NCBI GenBank assembly: GCA_003599535.1
Contig: QZKQ01000131.1
Location: 22,612-86,611 of the forward strand
DNA length: 64,000 nt
From: Candidatus Zixiibacteriota bacterium
GTDB taxonomy: Bacteria > Electryoneota > B3-LCP
Direction of reading: 5' to 3'
Under the pieces are notes generated by a model that was not told the origin of the DNA, ran no database searches, and was given only the letters and a program-made list of their open reading frames with translations. Made by a program: the position numbers and the translations under genes. The first letter of the stretch is position 1. Every line of letters begins with the position of its first letter. This document shows, piece by piece, positions 1 to 9,414 of this stretch.

Positions 1-461
1 CCCGTCTGGCGCGCGCCCACAACGCCGTCAGCCCGCATTCCGGACGCATCCTGTCCGGCGGTATGGACGCCACCGCACTGTATGAGCCCAAGCGCTTCTT
101 CGGCGCAGCGCGCAACATCGAGGAAGGCGGAGCGCTGACCATCATCGCCACCGCCCTGATCGAGACCGGCAGCCGCATGGACGACGTAATCTTCGAGGAA
201 TTCAAGGGCACGGGCAACATGGAACTGGTGCTCGACCGCCGCCTGGCCGACATCCGCCTCTTCCCGGCCCTGGACATCAACCGCTCCGGGACCCGCAAGG
301 AAGAGCTGCTGCTGAAGGAAGACGTGCTGAACAAGATCTGGATCCTGCGCAACCTGCTGGGCGATTCCAACCAGATCGAAACCATGCGCTTCATCCTGGA
401 AAAGATGCGCGGCACCAAGACCAACAACGAATTCTTCGAGAACATGAGGAACGGCGGGTAA
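1..461 (+). CDS. rho: Transcription termination factor Rho, C-terminal part (5' end lies outside the window)
   Basis: The frame is open from base 3. The translation ...[69 protein letters not shown] matches the conserved Rho ATPase C-terminus. The ATG at 63 is internal, not the true start. Confidence 0.9.
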   Translation, partial: RLARAHNAVSPHSGRILSGGMDATALYEPKRFFGAARNIEEGGALTIIATALIETGSRMDDVIFEEFKGTGNMELVLDRRLADIRLFPALDINRSGTRKEELLLKEDVLNKIWILRNLLGDSNQIETMRFILEKMRGTKTNNEFFENMRNGG

Positions 462-482
462 CCCCCCGCCGGCGGATAAAAA

Positions 483-586
483 AGAGGCTGCCCCTCGAGG
501 CACAAGCAGTGTCATTGCGAGGTCCGACTGAAATCGGTTTCGCAAAGGCATTGATGTGCCTGGAGGGACAGCCTCTTTCTATTTGA
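483..586. terminator. Bidirectional Rho-independent terminator between convergent rho (+) and cdaA (-)
   Basis: Inverted repeat agaggctgcccctcgagg (483-500) / cctggagggacagcctct (560-577) with inner hairpins. It is followed by TTTCTATTTG on the plus strand and by a T6 run on the minus strand (plus-strand aaaaag at 478-482). Confidence 0.6.
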
Positions 587-660
587 AACAGGATTTACGC
601 GTTTGCCGAAAAGTGTAAGTCCTGTTTGAAAAGCTGCGTTTGCGCCTTCAAGCTCTGGGG

Positions 661-1518
661 TTACGCCGTAGAGCTTTCGGGATTGACCGATCCCTTCATC
701 TCGTCCTCTTTGCGCACCCCTTCACCCTGGTCTGCTTTACCATCTTCCCGGACGTGGTGGGTCATCAGGTTACGCAGATCCTCCTTTAGAGTCTCCGCAT
801 TGTAATCTCGCCCGATGAACCGGCCCCGATGCACCAGGGAGATCTTGCCGGTCTCTTCGGAGACCACCACTACAAAGGCGTCGGATTCCTCGCTGACTCC
901 CAGGGCGGCGCGGTGCCGGGTGCCCAAGGCGGGGTCGAGGTCGGGATTGTCAGACAGCGGCAGGATGCACTTGGCTGCTTCCACCAGGTCCCCGCGGATG
1001 ACCACTGCGCCGTCGTGCAGCGGGGTGCGGGGGAAGAAGATGGAGACGATCAGGTCGGAAGTGACGTCAGCGCGCAGCGGCACCCCGGTTTCGATGATGC
1101 CGCGGATGCCCATCTCCCCCTGGATGACGATCAGCCCGCCGTAACGCTTCTGCGCCAGGATCACCGCCGCCCGAACGATCTCGTCCAGGGTTGAAGTACC
1201 CCGTTCCTTGACCAGGGCGCGCATCAGCCGGGTCTGCCCCAGTTCGATCAGCAGGCGGCGCAGTTCCGGCTGGAAGATGATCACGAAAGCGATCACCCAC
1301 ACCGTGGTCACCGACTGGATCAGCCAGGACATCCCCTGCATGCCTAAAAGCTGCACCACGAAGGAGGCGACGAAGATCACGATCAGGCCGGTGAACATCT
1401 GCGAGGCGCGGGTACCCCGCATGATCTTGTACAACTGATAAAAGACGAAATAGACCGCCAGGATGTCGAGCAGGTCCACGACGGTGAAGCGCAGGAAGCC
1501 GATTTGGAACAGTTCCAT
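661..1518 (-). CDS. cdaA: Diadenylate cyclase CdaA: three N-terminal TM helices plus a DAC domain
   Basis: DAC-domain motifs DGAVVIRGDLVEAAKCILPLS and GTRHRAALGVSEESDAFVVVVSEETGKISL. Hydrophobic N-terminus. Confidence 0.85.
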   Translation of the reverse strand: MELFQIGFLRFTVVDLLDILAVYFVFYQLYKIMRGTRASQMFTGLIVIFVASFVVQLLGMQGMSWLIQSVTTVWVIAFVIIFQPELRRLLIELGQTRLMRALVKERGTSTLDEIVRAAVILAQKRYGGLIVIQGEMGIRGIIETGVPLRADVTSDLIVSIFFPRTPLHDGAVVIRGDLVEAAKCILPLSDNPDLDPALGTRHRAALGVSEESDAFVVVVSEETGKISLVHRGRFIGRDYNAETLKEDLRNLMTHHVREDGKADQGEGVRKEDEMKGSVNPESSTA

Positions 1519-1545
1519 GGCGGTACAGGCGGATAGTGGGTGACG

Positions 1546-2226
1546 TTATCCCCCGCGGGGGAAGGGGTAATAGTACTCCGGCTCGGCGTTCTTCAGGTCG
1601 GCGATCCGGCCTCCGAGCAGCCGTTGCGCCGCCAGGCGGGCGGTGGCGACCACCAGCGGTTCCTGAGTCTCCCCCGGTTCCAGTTCGATCCGGCGGCCGG
1701 AAAACCGGCGGTCCAGCTCGGCGCGGTGCCGGGCGTAACCTTCACCGCAGAGGAACACGGGGCCTTGTACTGCTTCAGGGATCCGGTCCACCTCACTGAC
1801 CGTGTGGTCGGCGGAAGCCGTCCAGCCCTCCAGGCCGTACTCAAACAGCCGCCAGTACACTTCCCGGGCGCGCGCCGGCATCAACGGCAGCGCCCGTTGC
1901 ACTCGGGGCGGCGCCGATTCCGCCAAGCCTGCCAGCGTGGGTACCGTAACCAGGGGCAGCTTCCAGACCCAGCAGAGCCCCTTGGCCACGGACATCCCCA
2001 CCCGCAATCCGGTGAATGATCCCGGGCCGGAAGAGACCGCCACGGCGGTCAGGGAGGCGAAGGCCTCCCGGTTCCAGCTCTGCAAAGTGCGGATCTGGTC
2101 CAGGAGCATTTCGTTGTGCCGCAGGTCGGCGTCCGATTCCAGAAAGGCGGTCAGCTCCCCGGCTGTGGTTTCGTTCCACAGGGCCACGCCGCAGCGCGGC
2201 CCGCTGGTGTCCAGGGCGAGTATCAT
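1546..2226 (-). CDS. tsaB: tRNA threonylcarbamoyladenosine biosynthesis protein TsaB (YeaZ)
   Basis: MILALDTSGPRCGVAL ... GPGSFTGLRVG signature of the inactive Kae1/TsaD paralog. Size 226 aa. Confidence 0.85.
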   Translation of the reverse strand: MILALDTSGPRCGVALWNETTAGELTAFLESDADLRHNEMLLDQIRTLQSWNREAFASLTAVAVSSGPGSFTGLRVGMSVAKGLCWVWKLPLVTVPTLAGLAESAPPRVQRALPLMPARAREVYWRLFEYGLEGWTASADHTVSEVDRIPEAVQGPVFLCGEGYARHRAELDRRFSGRRIELEPGETQEPLVVATARLAAQRLLGGRIADLKNAEPEYYYPFPRGG

Positions 2227-2229
2227 CTT

Positions 2230-2730
2230 TTAACCACTCGCGCCGCCGGGCAAAGGTTTCGCCGACCGGGCGGAAAGTGCCGACAACCGCCGGGGATCGC
2301 GGCCGGTGAAGCGCAGCCGCCGCAGGTCTTCGCCGCCGGGATCGAAGGCGAATTCCACCCGGAAGGTCCAGTCATCGTAGTAGGAGGCGATCATGTCGGC
2401 CCACTCCACGATCACCAGGCCGGACCCCGTGCCGACATATTCGTCGAACCCCGTGGTGGCGATTTCCCGGGGGTCGCGCAGGCGGAAGCAGTCGAAATGG
2501 TACACCGGCATCCGGGCGCGGTAGTGGTGCACGATGGTGAAGGTGGGACTGGTCACGGTCCCCCGGCAGCCCATTCCGGCGCACAGGCCGCGCACGAACA
2601 CGGTCTTGCCGGTTCCCAGCTCGCCGCTCAGTCCCACGGTATCCCCGGCGCGCAACAGCGCCGCGAATTGCTCCCCCAGGTGAAAGGTATCGTCCGGCCC
2701 ACGGGTCAACAGTTCAATGGCGGCCGGCAT
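2230..2730 (-). CDS. tsaE: tRNA threonylcarbamoyladenosine biosynthesis ATPase TsaE (YjeE)
   Basis: Walker A GELGTGKTVFVRG. 166 aa. Immediately upstream of tsaB. Confidence 0.85.
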   Translation of the reverse strand: MPAAIELLTRGPDDTFHLGEQFAALLRAGDTVGLSGELGTGKTVFVRGLCAGMGCRGTVTSPTFTIVHHYRARMPVYHFDCFRLRDPREIATTGFDEYVGTGSGLVIVEWADMIASYYDDWTFRVEFAFDPGGEDLRRLRFTGRDPRRLSALSARSAKPLPGGASG

Positions 2731-2731
2731 A

Positions 2732-4285
2732 TCACTTCGGTTCCATGGTGATTACGGGAAGGACCATCTCTTCCAGGGAGATGCCGCCATGCTGGAAGCT
2801 GTTGCGGTAGAGGTTGATGTATTTGTGAAAATTGGTCGGGTACACGAAGTAATAATCCTCCTTGGCGATGATATAATTGACGTTGAGGCCGCGCCGGGGC
2901 AGCTTGTACACTTCCGGGTCGCGGATGAACAGCGCGTGCTTGTCCTCGCACTTCAGGTTGCGGCCGTACTTGTAGCGCAGGTTGGTGGAGGCGTCCTTGT
3001 CGGAGATGACCTTGGAACCGCGCTGGCTGCGGATGGAGCCGTGGTCGCTGGTCAGTACCACCACCACGTCCTGGCTGGCGTAGGCCCGCAGGATGTTGAA
3101 CAGGGAAGAGTGCTCGAACCAGGAGCGGGTCACGGCGCGGTAGGAAGCCTCATTGCGCACCATCTCTTTAATCACGTCGGAATTGGCCCGGGCGTGGGCC
3201 AGGATGTCCACAAAGTTGAACACCATGGACACCAGCGGCTGGCTGTAATACGAGGCCACTTTGCGTTCCACGCTGTCTGCTTCTTCCGGATCCAGGATCT
3301 TGACGTATTTGCTGTCCGACTTCATCCCCACGCCCAGCCGCGCCAACTGCTGGTCCAGGAGCTGGTGTTCGAAGCGGTTTGAGGATGATTCATCGTCCTC
3401 GCTGCGCTTCCACAGGTCGGGGTAATGCTTCTCCAGCTCGATGGGAAACAACCCGCTGAACAGGGCGTTGCGAGAGTAGGGAGTGGAGGTGGGGAGGATG
3501 GAGTAGTAGTAATCCCGGCGGATGGTGAACAGGTCCAGTAGCAGCGGTTCCAGGGCCAGGTACTGGTCCAGGCGCAGGCAGTCAATGACCAGGAAGAGCA
3601 CCTTCCGGCCGGCCTTCAGGTGGGGCGCCACCTGCCACTTGACTATATCCACCGACAGGGGCGGCGGCTCCTGCCCCCGGATCCACTTCAGGTATTGGTC
3701 CTCGATGAACCGCCCGAATTCCAGGTTGCACTGGTTGCGCTGATCCTGCAAGACCTCGCCCAGTCCCAGTTCCGGGTAGCGGTCCAGCTCCATCTCCCAG
3801 CCCGACATCTTCAGGTGGACGTCTATCCAGTCCTGCCAGCGGGAGCCTCCGGCGATCAGGGAGGATATTTCGTTGAACTGCGACAGGTACTCCCGGGCCA
3901 GGCGGTCGCGGGAGATCTGGGAGGCTTCGGTCAACTTCTTCAGCACCAGCAGGATTTGGCTGGGGTTGACCGGCTTGGTCAGGAAGTCGTCTATCTGCCG
4001 GCCGATGGCCTCTTCCATGAGATGTTCTTCTTCATGCTTGGTGATCATCACCGTGGGCAGCCCCGGCCGCAGCGCCTTGATTTCCGCGAAGGTGGCGATC
4101 CCGTTCTTGCCGGCCATCTGCTCATCCAGGAGCACCACGTCGAAATTATCACGGGTGACGTGGGCGATGGCGTCATCGCCGTTGGTCACCGGAGTGACGT
4201 CGTAGCCGCGTTCCTGCAGGAACAGGACGTGAGGGCGCAGGAGATCAATTTCGTCATCGGCCCAGAGAACCCTTTTGCGATCCAT
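2732..4285 (-). CDS. porX: PorX-like response regulator: CheY-like receiver plus PglZ (alkaline-phosphatase-like) domain
   Basis: N-terminal receiver (LWADDEIDLL, VVLLDEQMAG, TKP). C-terminal PglZ domain (VVVLTSDHGS). 517 aa, the same architecture and length as the T9SS regulator PorX. Confidence 0.75.
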   Translation of the reverse strand: MDRKRVLWADDEIDLLRPHVLFLQERGYDVTPVTNGDDAIAHVTRDNFDVVLLDEQMAGKNGIATFAEIKALRPGLPTVMITKHEEEHLMEEAIGRQIDDFLTKPVNPSQILLVLKKLTEASQISRDRLAREYLSQFNEISSLIAGGSRWQDWIDVHLKMSGWEMELDRYPELGLGEVLQDQRNQCNLEFGRFIEDQYLKWIRGQEPPPLSVDIVKWQVAPHLKAGRKVLFLVIDCLRLDQYLALEPLLLDLFTIRRDYYYSILPTSTPYSRNALFSGLFPIELEKHYPDLWKRSEDDESSSNRFEHQLLDQQLARLGVGMKSDSKYVKILDPEEADSVERKVASYYSQPLVSMVFNFVDILAHARANSDVIKEMVRNEASYRAVTRSWFEHSSLFNILRAYASQDVVVVLTSDHGSIRSQRGSKVISDKDASTNLRYKYGRNLKCEDKHALFIRDPEVYKLPRRGLNVNYIIAKEDYYFVYPTNFHKYINLYRNSFQHGGISLEEMVLPVITMEPK

Positions 4286-4337
4286 AATGTCTCCCAGTTA
4301 CATCATAAACACCCGTTATCCGGGGAAGGCGGAGCGG

Positions 4338-5222
4338 TCAGGTCAACACCTCCTGAACGAGATCGGCCCGGGCGGAATCCAGGCCCTGCTCCAGGGCCAG
4401 TTCCAGGGCTTTCAGACTGAGCATGCGGTAGAGGGCTTCACCGGCGGGGCTGGACCGGTTCAAGGCTTCCCGGTGCCGCTGTACGGTGGCCGCGTCGCCG
4501 CGGGCGACGGGGCCGGTCAGGGCGGCGGTCTCGCCCAGCGTCAGCACGTTTTCCAGGCTGCGGCGCATCAGCGGCGCCAGCATGGCGGAGCCCTGCTCCC
4601 GGGCTACTCCCGCCTCGGTCAACAGTTCCAGCGCCAGGCGCAGCAGGACCGGGAGGAAGTTGGAGGCGAACACCGCGGCGGCATGGTATGCCGCCTTTCC
4701 TTCGCTGCGAATTTCCACCGGAATGCCGCCCAGGCGCTCCACCACCGCACGCAGGGAAGCCACCAGCGCGGAGTCCCCTTCCAGCGCGAAATACGTGCCC
4801 TGCAAGGCCGGGCTGGGGCCCCGGGCGGGGAAGGTCTGCAAGGGGTGCAGAGAACCGACCGCCACACCCGCCTGCGCCAGGCGCTGGAATTCCGAGCCCG
4901 GCAGTGCCCCGGAAGTGTGCAGGCAGGCAGCCAGCGCCAGCTCGGGAAGGCGGCGGGCTACGGCCCGGTCCACCGCGGCGATCTGCCCGTCGGGCACAGC
5001 CACGATCAGCAGATCGGTATCGCGGCGCAGCAGGGCGGGGTCCGACCCGGCCCGGCCGGCGGACACCTCCCGGGCCAGCTCACGGGCGGAGGGCGCCTGG
5101 CGGTCCAGGATCGCCGTCAGGGTGTACCCAGCCTGAGACAGCGACCGCGCCAGCGCCCGGCCCACCGCGCCGGCGCCCAGGAGGGCCAGGCGGGGGGGCT
5201 GCCCGGAAGAGAGATCATGCAT
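4338..5222 (-). CDS. Rossmann-fold NAD(P)-binding protein, DUF2520 family (predicted oxidoreductase)
   Basis: GxGxxG motif ALLGAGAVGRALARSL right after the ATG at 5222. The 49 codons further upstream in the ORF-track frame are probably not translated. Confidence 0.6.
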   Translation of the reverse strand: MHDLSSGQPPRLALLGAGAVGRALARSLSQAGYTLTAILDRQAPSARELAREVSAGRAGSDPALLRRDTDLLIVAVPDGQIAAVDRAVARRLPELALAACLHTSGALPGSEFQRLAQAGVAVGSLHPLQTFPARGPSPALQGTYFALEGDSALVASLRAVVERLGGIPVEIRSEGKAAYHAAAVFASNFLPVLLRLALELLTEAGVAREQGSAMLAPLMRRSLENVLTLGETAALTGPVARGDAATVQRHREALNRSSPAGEALYRMLSLKALELALEQGLDSARADLVQEVLT

Positions 5223-5256
5223 GACTTGAATTGCAGCAGTATTTACACGTTTCGTT

Positions 5257-5333
5257 CGGAGGGCCACGCTTCGTCGTGGCCTTTCTTTTACGAAGGTCGA
5301 ATTTTTATGGCCACAACGGAGCGTGGCCCTCCG
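5257..5333. repeat. 77-bp imperfect palindrome (two 25-bp arms, 23/25 complementary, 27-nt AT-rich spacer) in the leader of the DUF2520-porX-tsaE-tsaB-cdaA operon
   Basis: cggagggccacgcttcgtcgtggcc (5257-5281) and ggccacaacggagcgtggccctccg (5309-5333) are reverse complements with two mismatches. Confidence 0.7.
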
Positions 5334-5381
5334 AAGCGGCGACATTTCCGGGAGTACGCGGGAGTTCACTTGCAGATTAAA

Positions 5382-5414
5382 GAAGCCGGTTCACGTGGGG
5401 CGAACCGGCTTCCC
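5382..5414 (-). terminator. Rho-independent terminator of the S8 protease gene
   Basis: Minus-strand hairpin GAAGCCGGUUC-GCCCCACGU-GAACCGGCUUC followed by UUUAAUCUG. Confidence 0.55.
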
Positions 5415-5443
5415 GTCAAGATGGTAGTGGAAGGCGCTGCCGG

Positions 5444-8095
5444 TTACTTCAGCAGGACCATTTTCCGGGTCAACTGCATGGCGCCCGTTTCCAGGCGGTA
5501 GAGGTAGACGCCGCTGGCCAGATCCGGCGCCTGGAAGGCGGCGGTGTGGCGTCCGGCCGGCATCTGACCGTTGACCAGGGTGGCGACCAGGCGGCCGCTC
5601 AAGTCGAACACCGACAGTTTCACCCGTTCCGCCTTGGGCAGGGAGAAGGTGATTTCCGTGCCCGGATTGAAGGGGTTGGGGTAGTTCTGGTCCAGGGCGT
5701 AGTCGGCCGGCAGAACCGGTTCGCTGACGGTCGGCGCGGCCAGCACCAGGCTGTCGAACCAGTCAAAGATGTTCTGCAGCACGATACGGCGGTTGGTGTA
5801 GCCGGGCAGACCGGACGAGGCTTCGAAGTTGAAGGCAAGGTACACCAGGCCGCCGGTCTGGTGATCCCAGCGCAACCCGGCGCCCGGACCGGAAGTGCTC
5901 CCGTAGTTGTAGATCAGTACCGCGTCGTTAACGGCATTGATGGTGGCGGAAGATCCCGCGTTGCCCGCACCGCCGGCGCCGGCCAGCATCATGCTGGTGC
6001 CGCTGGAGATGGGGTCGCCATCCACGCCGAATACCATGGGCGCAGGCGTCAGGCCGGCCGCCGAAGCGTGCAGGACATCCCCATATGCGGCAGAGCTGTC
6101 CAACTGCTCGTCAATGTTCTGTCCGGTCAGGAACAGGCAGCCGGTGCTGTTGATATAGCTCCCGATGGCGGCCAGTTCATTCTCCGTCAACGGGTTCTGT
6201 TCCGTGGAGGTGTGCCAGATGACCTTGGAGTACGGCTGGATGATCTCAAAGTCCACTTCACCCTGGGTGCTGACGTTCCAGTAGTCGTAGACGATGGCGA
6301 GGGAATCCAGATCCATCTCGTACCAGACCTGCCAGTTCACGCCGCCGTCGTCATCCACCAGCAGCACGTCAGGGACGCCGACCATCTGCAGCAGGTTCTG
6401 GGTGATCGGGAACATCAGGGTGGTCTCGTTCATGCTCAGAGTGAAGGTCGCCTCGAAGGGCGGCGCACCGGCGTCCACGCTGAAGGTAAAGGGACTGGTA
6501 GCGTTGTTCTGGCTGCTCTGAGTGCCGATGCTGCCCAGGTTGCAGGTCCCCTGGCTGAAGGAGACGTTGGTGTTGTTGCAGGTCAGGTCCACGACCACGC
6601 CGTTGGCCGCCACCGTGCGGGAGCTGTTGTTCACGGTAATCAGCAGCTTCCAGGTTTCGCCCGGATCAATGCGGGTGTCGCCGTTGCCGGTGACCTCCTG
6701 GAAGGTCGTCTCCGTGAAGCTCAGGGTGGGGAAGAGAGCGGTGATGGCCGCCCCGGCGTCAATGCGGCCGTGCCCCAGGAAGCCGGACCAGGCGTATCCG
6801 GTCACGTCAATGGGCACGCAGGTGTCGTATATCTGCTGGATCACCTGGGTGTTGGTCCAAGCCGGCCGGGCCGCCCAGATCTGCGCCGCCAGGCTGGCGG
6901 CGATGGGGGTGGACATGGAAGTACCGGAAAACGAGGTATAGGAGTACGGCACGGTGCTCAGGATGCCTTCCCCCGGGGCGGCGACGTCCACCGTCGGGGC
7001 GTAGGTGGAGAAGCCGGCCTTGTGGTCGCCGGAATTGGAAGCTGCAACGCTGACCACGTTATCGTAGCCGGAGGGGTAACGGATCTCATACTGGCCGGTG
7101 TTGCCAGCGGAAGCGAAAAGCGCCGCGCCCTGGCTGTAGGCATTGTTGATGATGGACTGTTCGTAGCCGGACGAACCCGTCCCTCCGAAGGACATGCTGA
7201 TGATGTGAGCACCTTCGCCCGCCGCGTAAGCCACGCCGGAAGTCCAGGAGTAGACGAATTCCCCGTCGCCGCAGCGGCTGGTCAGTATTTTGGTCTTGCA
7301 AGCCAGGCTGGCGATGCCCATGCCGTTGTTGGTCACGCCGCTGGCCAGCCCGGAGCAGTGCGTGCCGTGGCCGCCCTGCGGTTGGTTATCCTGGACGTCG
7401 TTGTTCCCCTGCCAGAAGTTCCAACCCCAGAAGTCGTCCACCAGGCTGTTACCGTCGTTGTCCTGGCCGTCCCAATCGCTGGGATCAATGATGCCGTTGC
7501 CGTTCAGGTCCTCTTCCGGGTTGATCCAGAGGTTGTTCCGGAGATCCTGGTGCGTGGTGTCAATGCCGGAGTCCACCACCCCGATGATAACGGTGTCGCT
7601 GCCCTGGCAGTAGTCGAAGGCCAGGTTGGCATGCATTGTGTTCATGGCCCACTGGCTGAAGTACATGGGGTCATTGGGCACCCAGTCCGCCCGGCGGATC
7701 ATGTACGGTTCGGCGGTGATGACGTTGGGATCCAGGGCATAGGCCTGGGCCACTTCGTGCAGGTCGGTATCGAAGGGGAAGTGAAGGATGTAATATCGTG
7801 AGATGTCCCGTATCGCCGGATCCTGGGGCTTCTCGGCAAAGGGAATCAGTTTTTCAATGTGATGCACGTTGAACTGATGCGCCAGCGCGTCCAGGCCGAC
7901 GTCGCCGGTCAGCATCAGGCCCGAATTCTGGGTCAAACGGATCGGTCCCAGCGCTTCGCGGAATTCCACCACGATGCGGCCCTTCCATTCGAGATTTTCG
8001 GTCATGGGTGGGGGCGCGTTGTTGGCCATGACCATCCCGGTGATCACAAGCACGGCGACTGCTGCAGCCACGGTTAACCAACCGCGATACTTCAT
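5444..8095 (-). CDS. Secreted subtilisin-like serine protease (S8) with extra beta-rich domains and a T9SS C-terminal sorting domain
   Basis: Signal peptide. Catalytic triad motifs VVDSGID (Asp), HGTHCSG (His), GTSMSTP (Ser). C-terminus YPNPFNPGTEITF ... GVYLYRLETGAMQLTRKMVLLK is a typical T9SS C-terminal domain. Confidence 0.85.
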   Translation of the reverse strand: MKYRGWLTVAAAVAVLVITGMVMANNAPPPMTENLEWKGRIVVEFREALGPIRLTQNSGLMLTGDVGLDALAHQFNVHHIEKLIPFAEKPQDPAIRDISRYYILHFPFDTDLHEVAQAYALDPNVITAEPYMIRRADWVPNDPMYFSQWAMNTMHANLAFDYCQGSDTVIIGVVDSGIDTTHQDLRNNLWINPEEDLNGNGIIDPSDWDGQDNDGNSLVDDFWGWNFWQGNNDVQDNQPQGGHGTHCSGLASGVTNNGMGIASLACKTKILTSRCGDGEFVYSWTSGVAYAAGEGAHIISMSFGGTGSSGYEQSIINNAYSQGAALFASAGNTGQYEIRYPSGYDNVVSVAASNSGDHKAGFSTYAPTVDVAAPGEGILSTVPYSYTSFSGTSMSTPIAASLAAQIWAARPAWTNTQVIQQIYDTCVPIDVTGYAWSGFLGHGRIDAGAAITALFPTLSFTETTFQEVTGNGDTRIDPGETWKLLITVNNSSRTVAANGVVVDLTCNNTNVSFSQGTCNLGSIGTQSSQNNATSPFTFSVDAGAPPFEATFTLSMNETTLMFPITQNLLQMVGVPDVLLVDDDGGVNWQVWYEMDLDSLAIVYDYWNVSTQGEVDFEIIQPYSKVIWHTSTEQNPLTENELAAIGSYINSTGCLFLTGQNIDEQLDSSAAYGDVLHASAAGLTPAPMVFGVDGDPISSGTSMMLAGAGGAGNAGSSATINAVNDAVLIYNYGSTSGPGAGLRWDHQTGGLVYLAFNFEASSGLPGYTNRRIVLQNIFDWFDSLVLAAPTVSEPVLPADYALDQNYPNPFNPGTEITFSLPKAERVKLSVFDLSGRLVATLVNGQMPAGRHTAAFQAPDLASGVYLYRLETGAMQLTRKMVLLK

Positions 8096-8211
8096 ACTTC
8101 CTCCGGTTCAGGCTTGCCCGTTTCCTTGGGGGTAGAAACTTCTTTGGCTACGGGTGGTTAGTGATATGCTTTACTACATCTTAAAATAGACATTTATACG
8201 ACCCGTGTCAA

Positions 8212-8229
8212 GCGAAATCTTTTGCACTT
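8212..8229. promoter_or_regulatory. Conserved motif GCGAAATCTTTTGCACTT about 120 nt upstream of the S8 protease start. A near-identical copy lies upstream of T9SS paralog C.
   Basis: 17/18 identity with gcgcaatcttttgcactt at 30445-30462. An inverted partial copy aagtgcaa is at 8305-8312. Direct repeat cgtgtcaag at 8204 and 8298. Confidence 0.5.
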
Positions 8230-8325
8230 CACACCCAACTACTTGCAATTTTGATTGACATTCGACCCTCTTAATGCTAAATTAAGGCAGTCGAATCGTG
8301 TCAAGAAGTGCAACGAAAAGCCCAT

Positions 8326-9414
8326 ATGCGTGTTTCTTTTAGAATTATCCGGATAACTCTTGGTATTTTCCTTCTGGTGGCCGTGGTGCTGCTGGCCCGC
8401 AAGGTACATCAGTCGGTGTACGGCCCCAATGCTCAGCGGGCCGCGGGCGAATACGTGGAACTGTCCATCACACCGGGAATGCCTCTGCCCCTGGTAGCCC
8501 GGCAACTGGAGGAGAAGGGCGCCGTCAACCGCGCCCGGGATTTCGTGTTCGCCGCCCGCCTGCTGCGGCTGGATCACCGCATCCAGGCCGGGGAATACGT
8601 TCTTCCCTTCGGCCTCTCCAATGCCGACCTCCTGCGCCGCCTGATCCGCGCCGGCGCCAACGCCTCCCTGGTCACCATACCCGAAGGCTACAACACTCGC
8701 GAGATTGCCGCCCTGCTGGAAGAAAAAGTGGGGATGGATTCGGCCGCCTTCATGCAGGCGGTGTACGACAGCGCCCTGCTGGCGCGGCTGGGAATTGAGG
8801 CCCCTTCCTTCGAAGGGTTCCTGTTCCCCGAAAGCTACAGCCTGCACCGGGGGATGGAGCCGGCCTGGGTCATCCAGAAGATGGTCCAGCTCTTCTTCCA
8901 GGCGTTCGATTCCACCGACCGCGCCCGGACCGATTCCCTGGGGCTGTCCCTGACGGAAGCCGTCACCCTGGCGTCCATCATCGAAGGGGAGATGTTAGAC
9001 CCGGAAGAGGCGGGGCTGATTTCGGCGGTGTACCACAACCGCCTGAAGAAGAAAATGCTGTTGCAGGCCGATCCTACCATCCAGTACGTGGTGGGAGACA
9101 AGCCCAGGCGGCTAGTCCGCAGCGACCTGGCGGTGGAATCGCCCTACAACACGTACCGCTATCCCGGGCTGCCGCCCGGCCCAGTGTGCAACCCCGGGAA
9201 ACTGTCGCTCCAAGCCGCCCTGCATCCGGCTCCGGCGCCGTACATCTTCATGGTATCGCAGGGCAACGGCCGGCATGCCTTCACCACCAATCTCGACGAC
9301 CACCTTCAGGCCAAGGTCAAGCTGGACAGCGTGCGCCGGGTCCTGGAGGAAGCCCGGGCGCAGGCCGCCCTGGAAGATTCCACCCGGACAGATACGACGC
9401 AGACGAAAGAATGA
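8326..9414 (+). CDS. mltG: Endolytic murein transglycosylase MltG (YceG-like)
   Basis: N-terminal TM, then YceG-family motifs (AGEY, IPEGYNTREIA). An alternative GTG start exists at 8308. Confidence 0.8.
   Translation: MRVSFRIIRITLGIFLLVAVVLLARKVHQSVYGPNAQRAAGEYVELSITPGMPLPLVARQLEEKGAVNRARDFVFAARLLRLDHRIQAGEYVLPFGLSNADLLRRLIRAGANASLVTIPEGYNTREIAALLEEKVGMDSAAFMQAVYDSALLARLGIEAPSFEGFLFPESYSLHRGMEPAWVIQKMVQLFFQAFDSTDRARTDSLGLSLTEAVTLASIIEGEMLDPEEAGLISAVYHNRLKKKMLLQADPTIQYVVGDKPRRLVRSDLAVESPYNTYRYPGLPPGPVCNPGKLSLQAALHPAPAPYIFMVSQGNGRHAFTTNLDDHLQAKVKLDSVRRVLEEARAQAALEDSTRTDTTQTKE

Noticed and set aside
63-461. ATG at 63 as the start of an independent 132-aa gene
   Set aside because: The reading frame is open from the first bases of the window, and the translation continues the Rho ATPase domain. 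This is the 3' part of rho.
5546-7801. 751-aa plus-strand ORF antisense to the S8 protease gene
   Set aside because: Gly/Ala/Arg/Val-rich low-complexity translation with no motifs. This is the typical stop-codon-poor reverse frame of a GC-rich gene. The real gene is the minus-strand protease, which has a clear catalytic triad and C-terminal domain.
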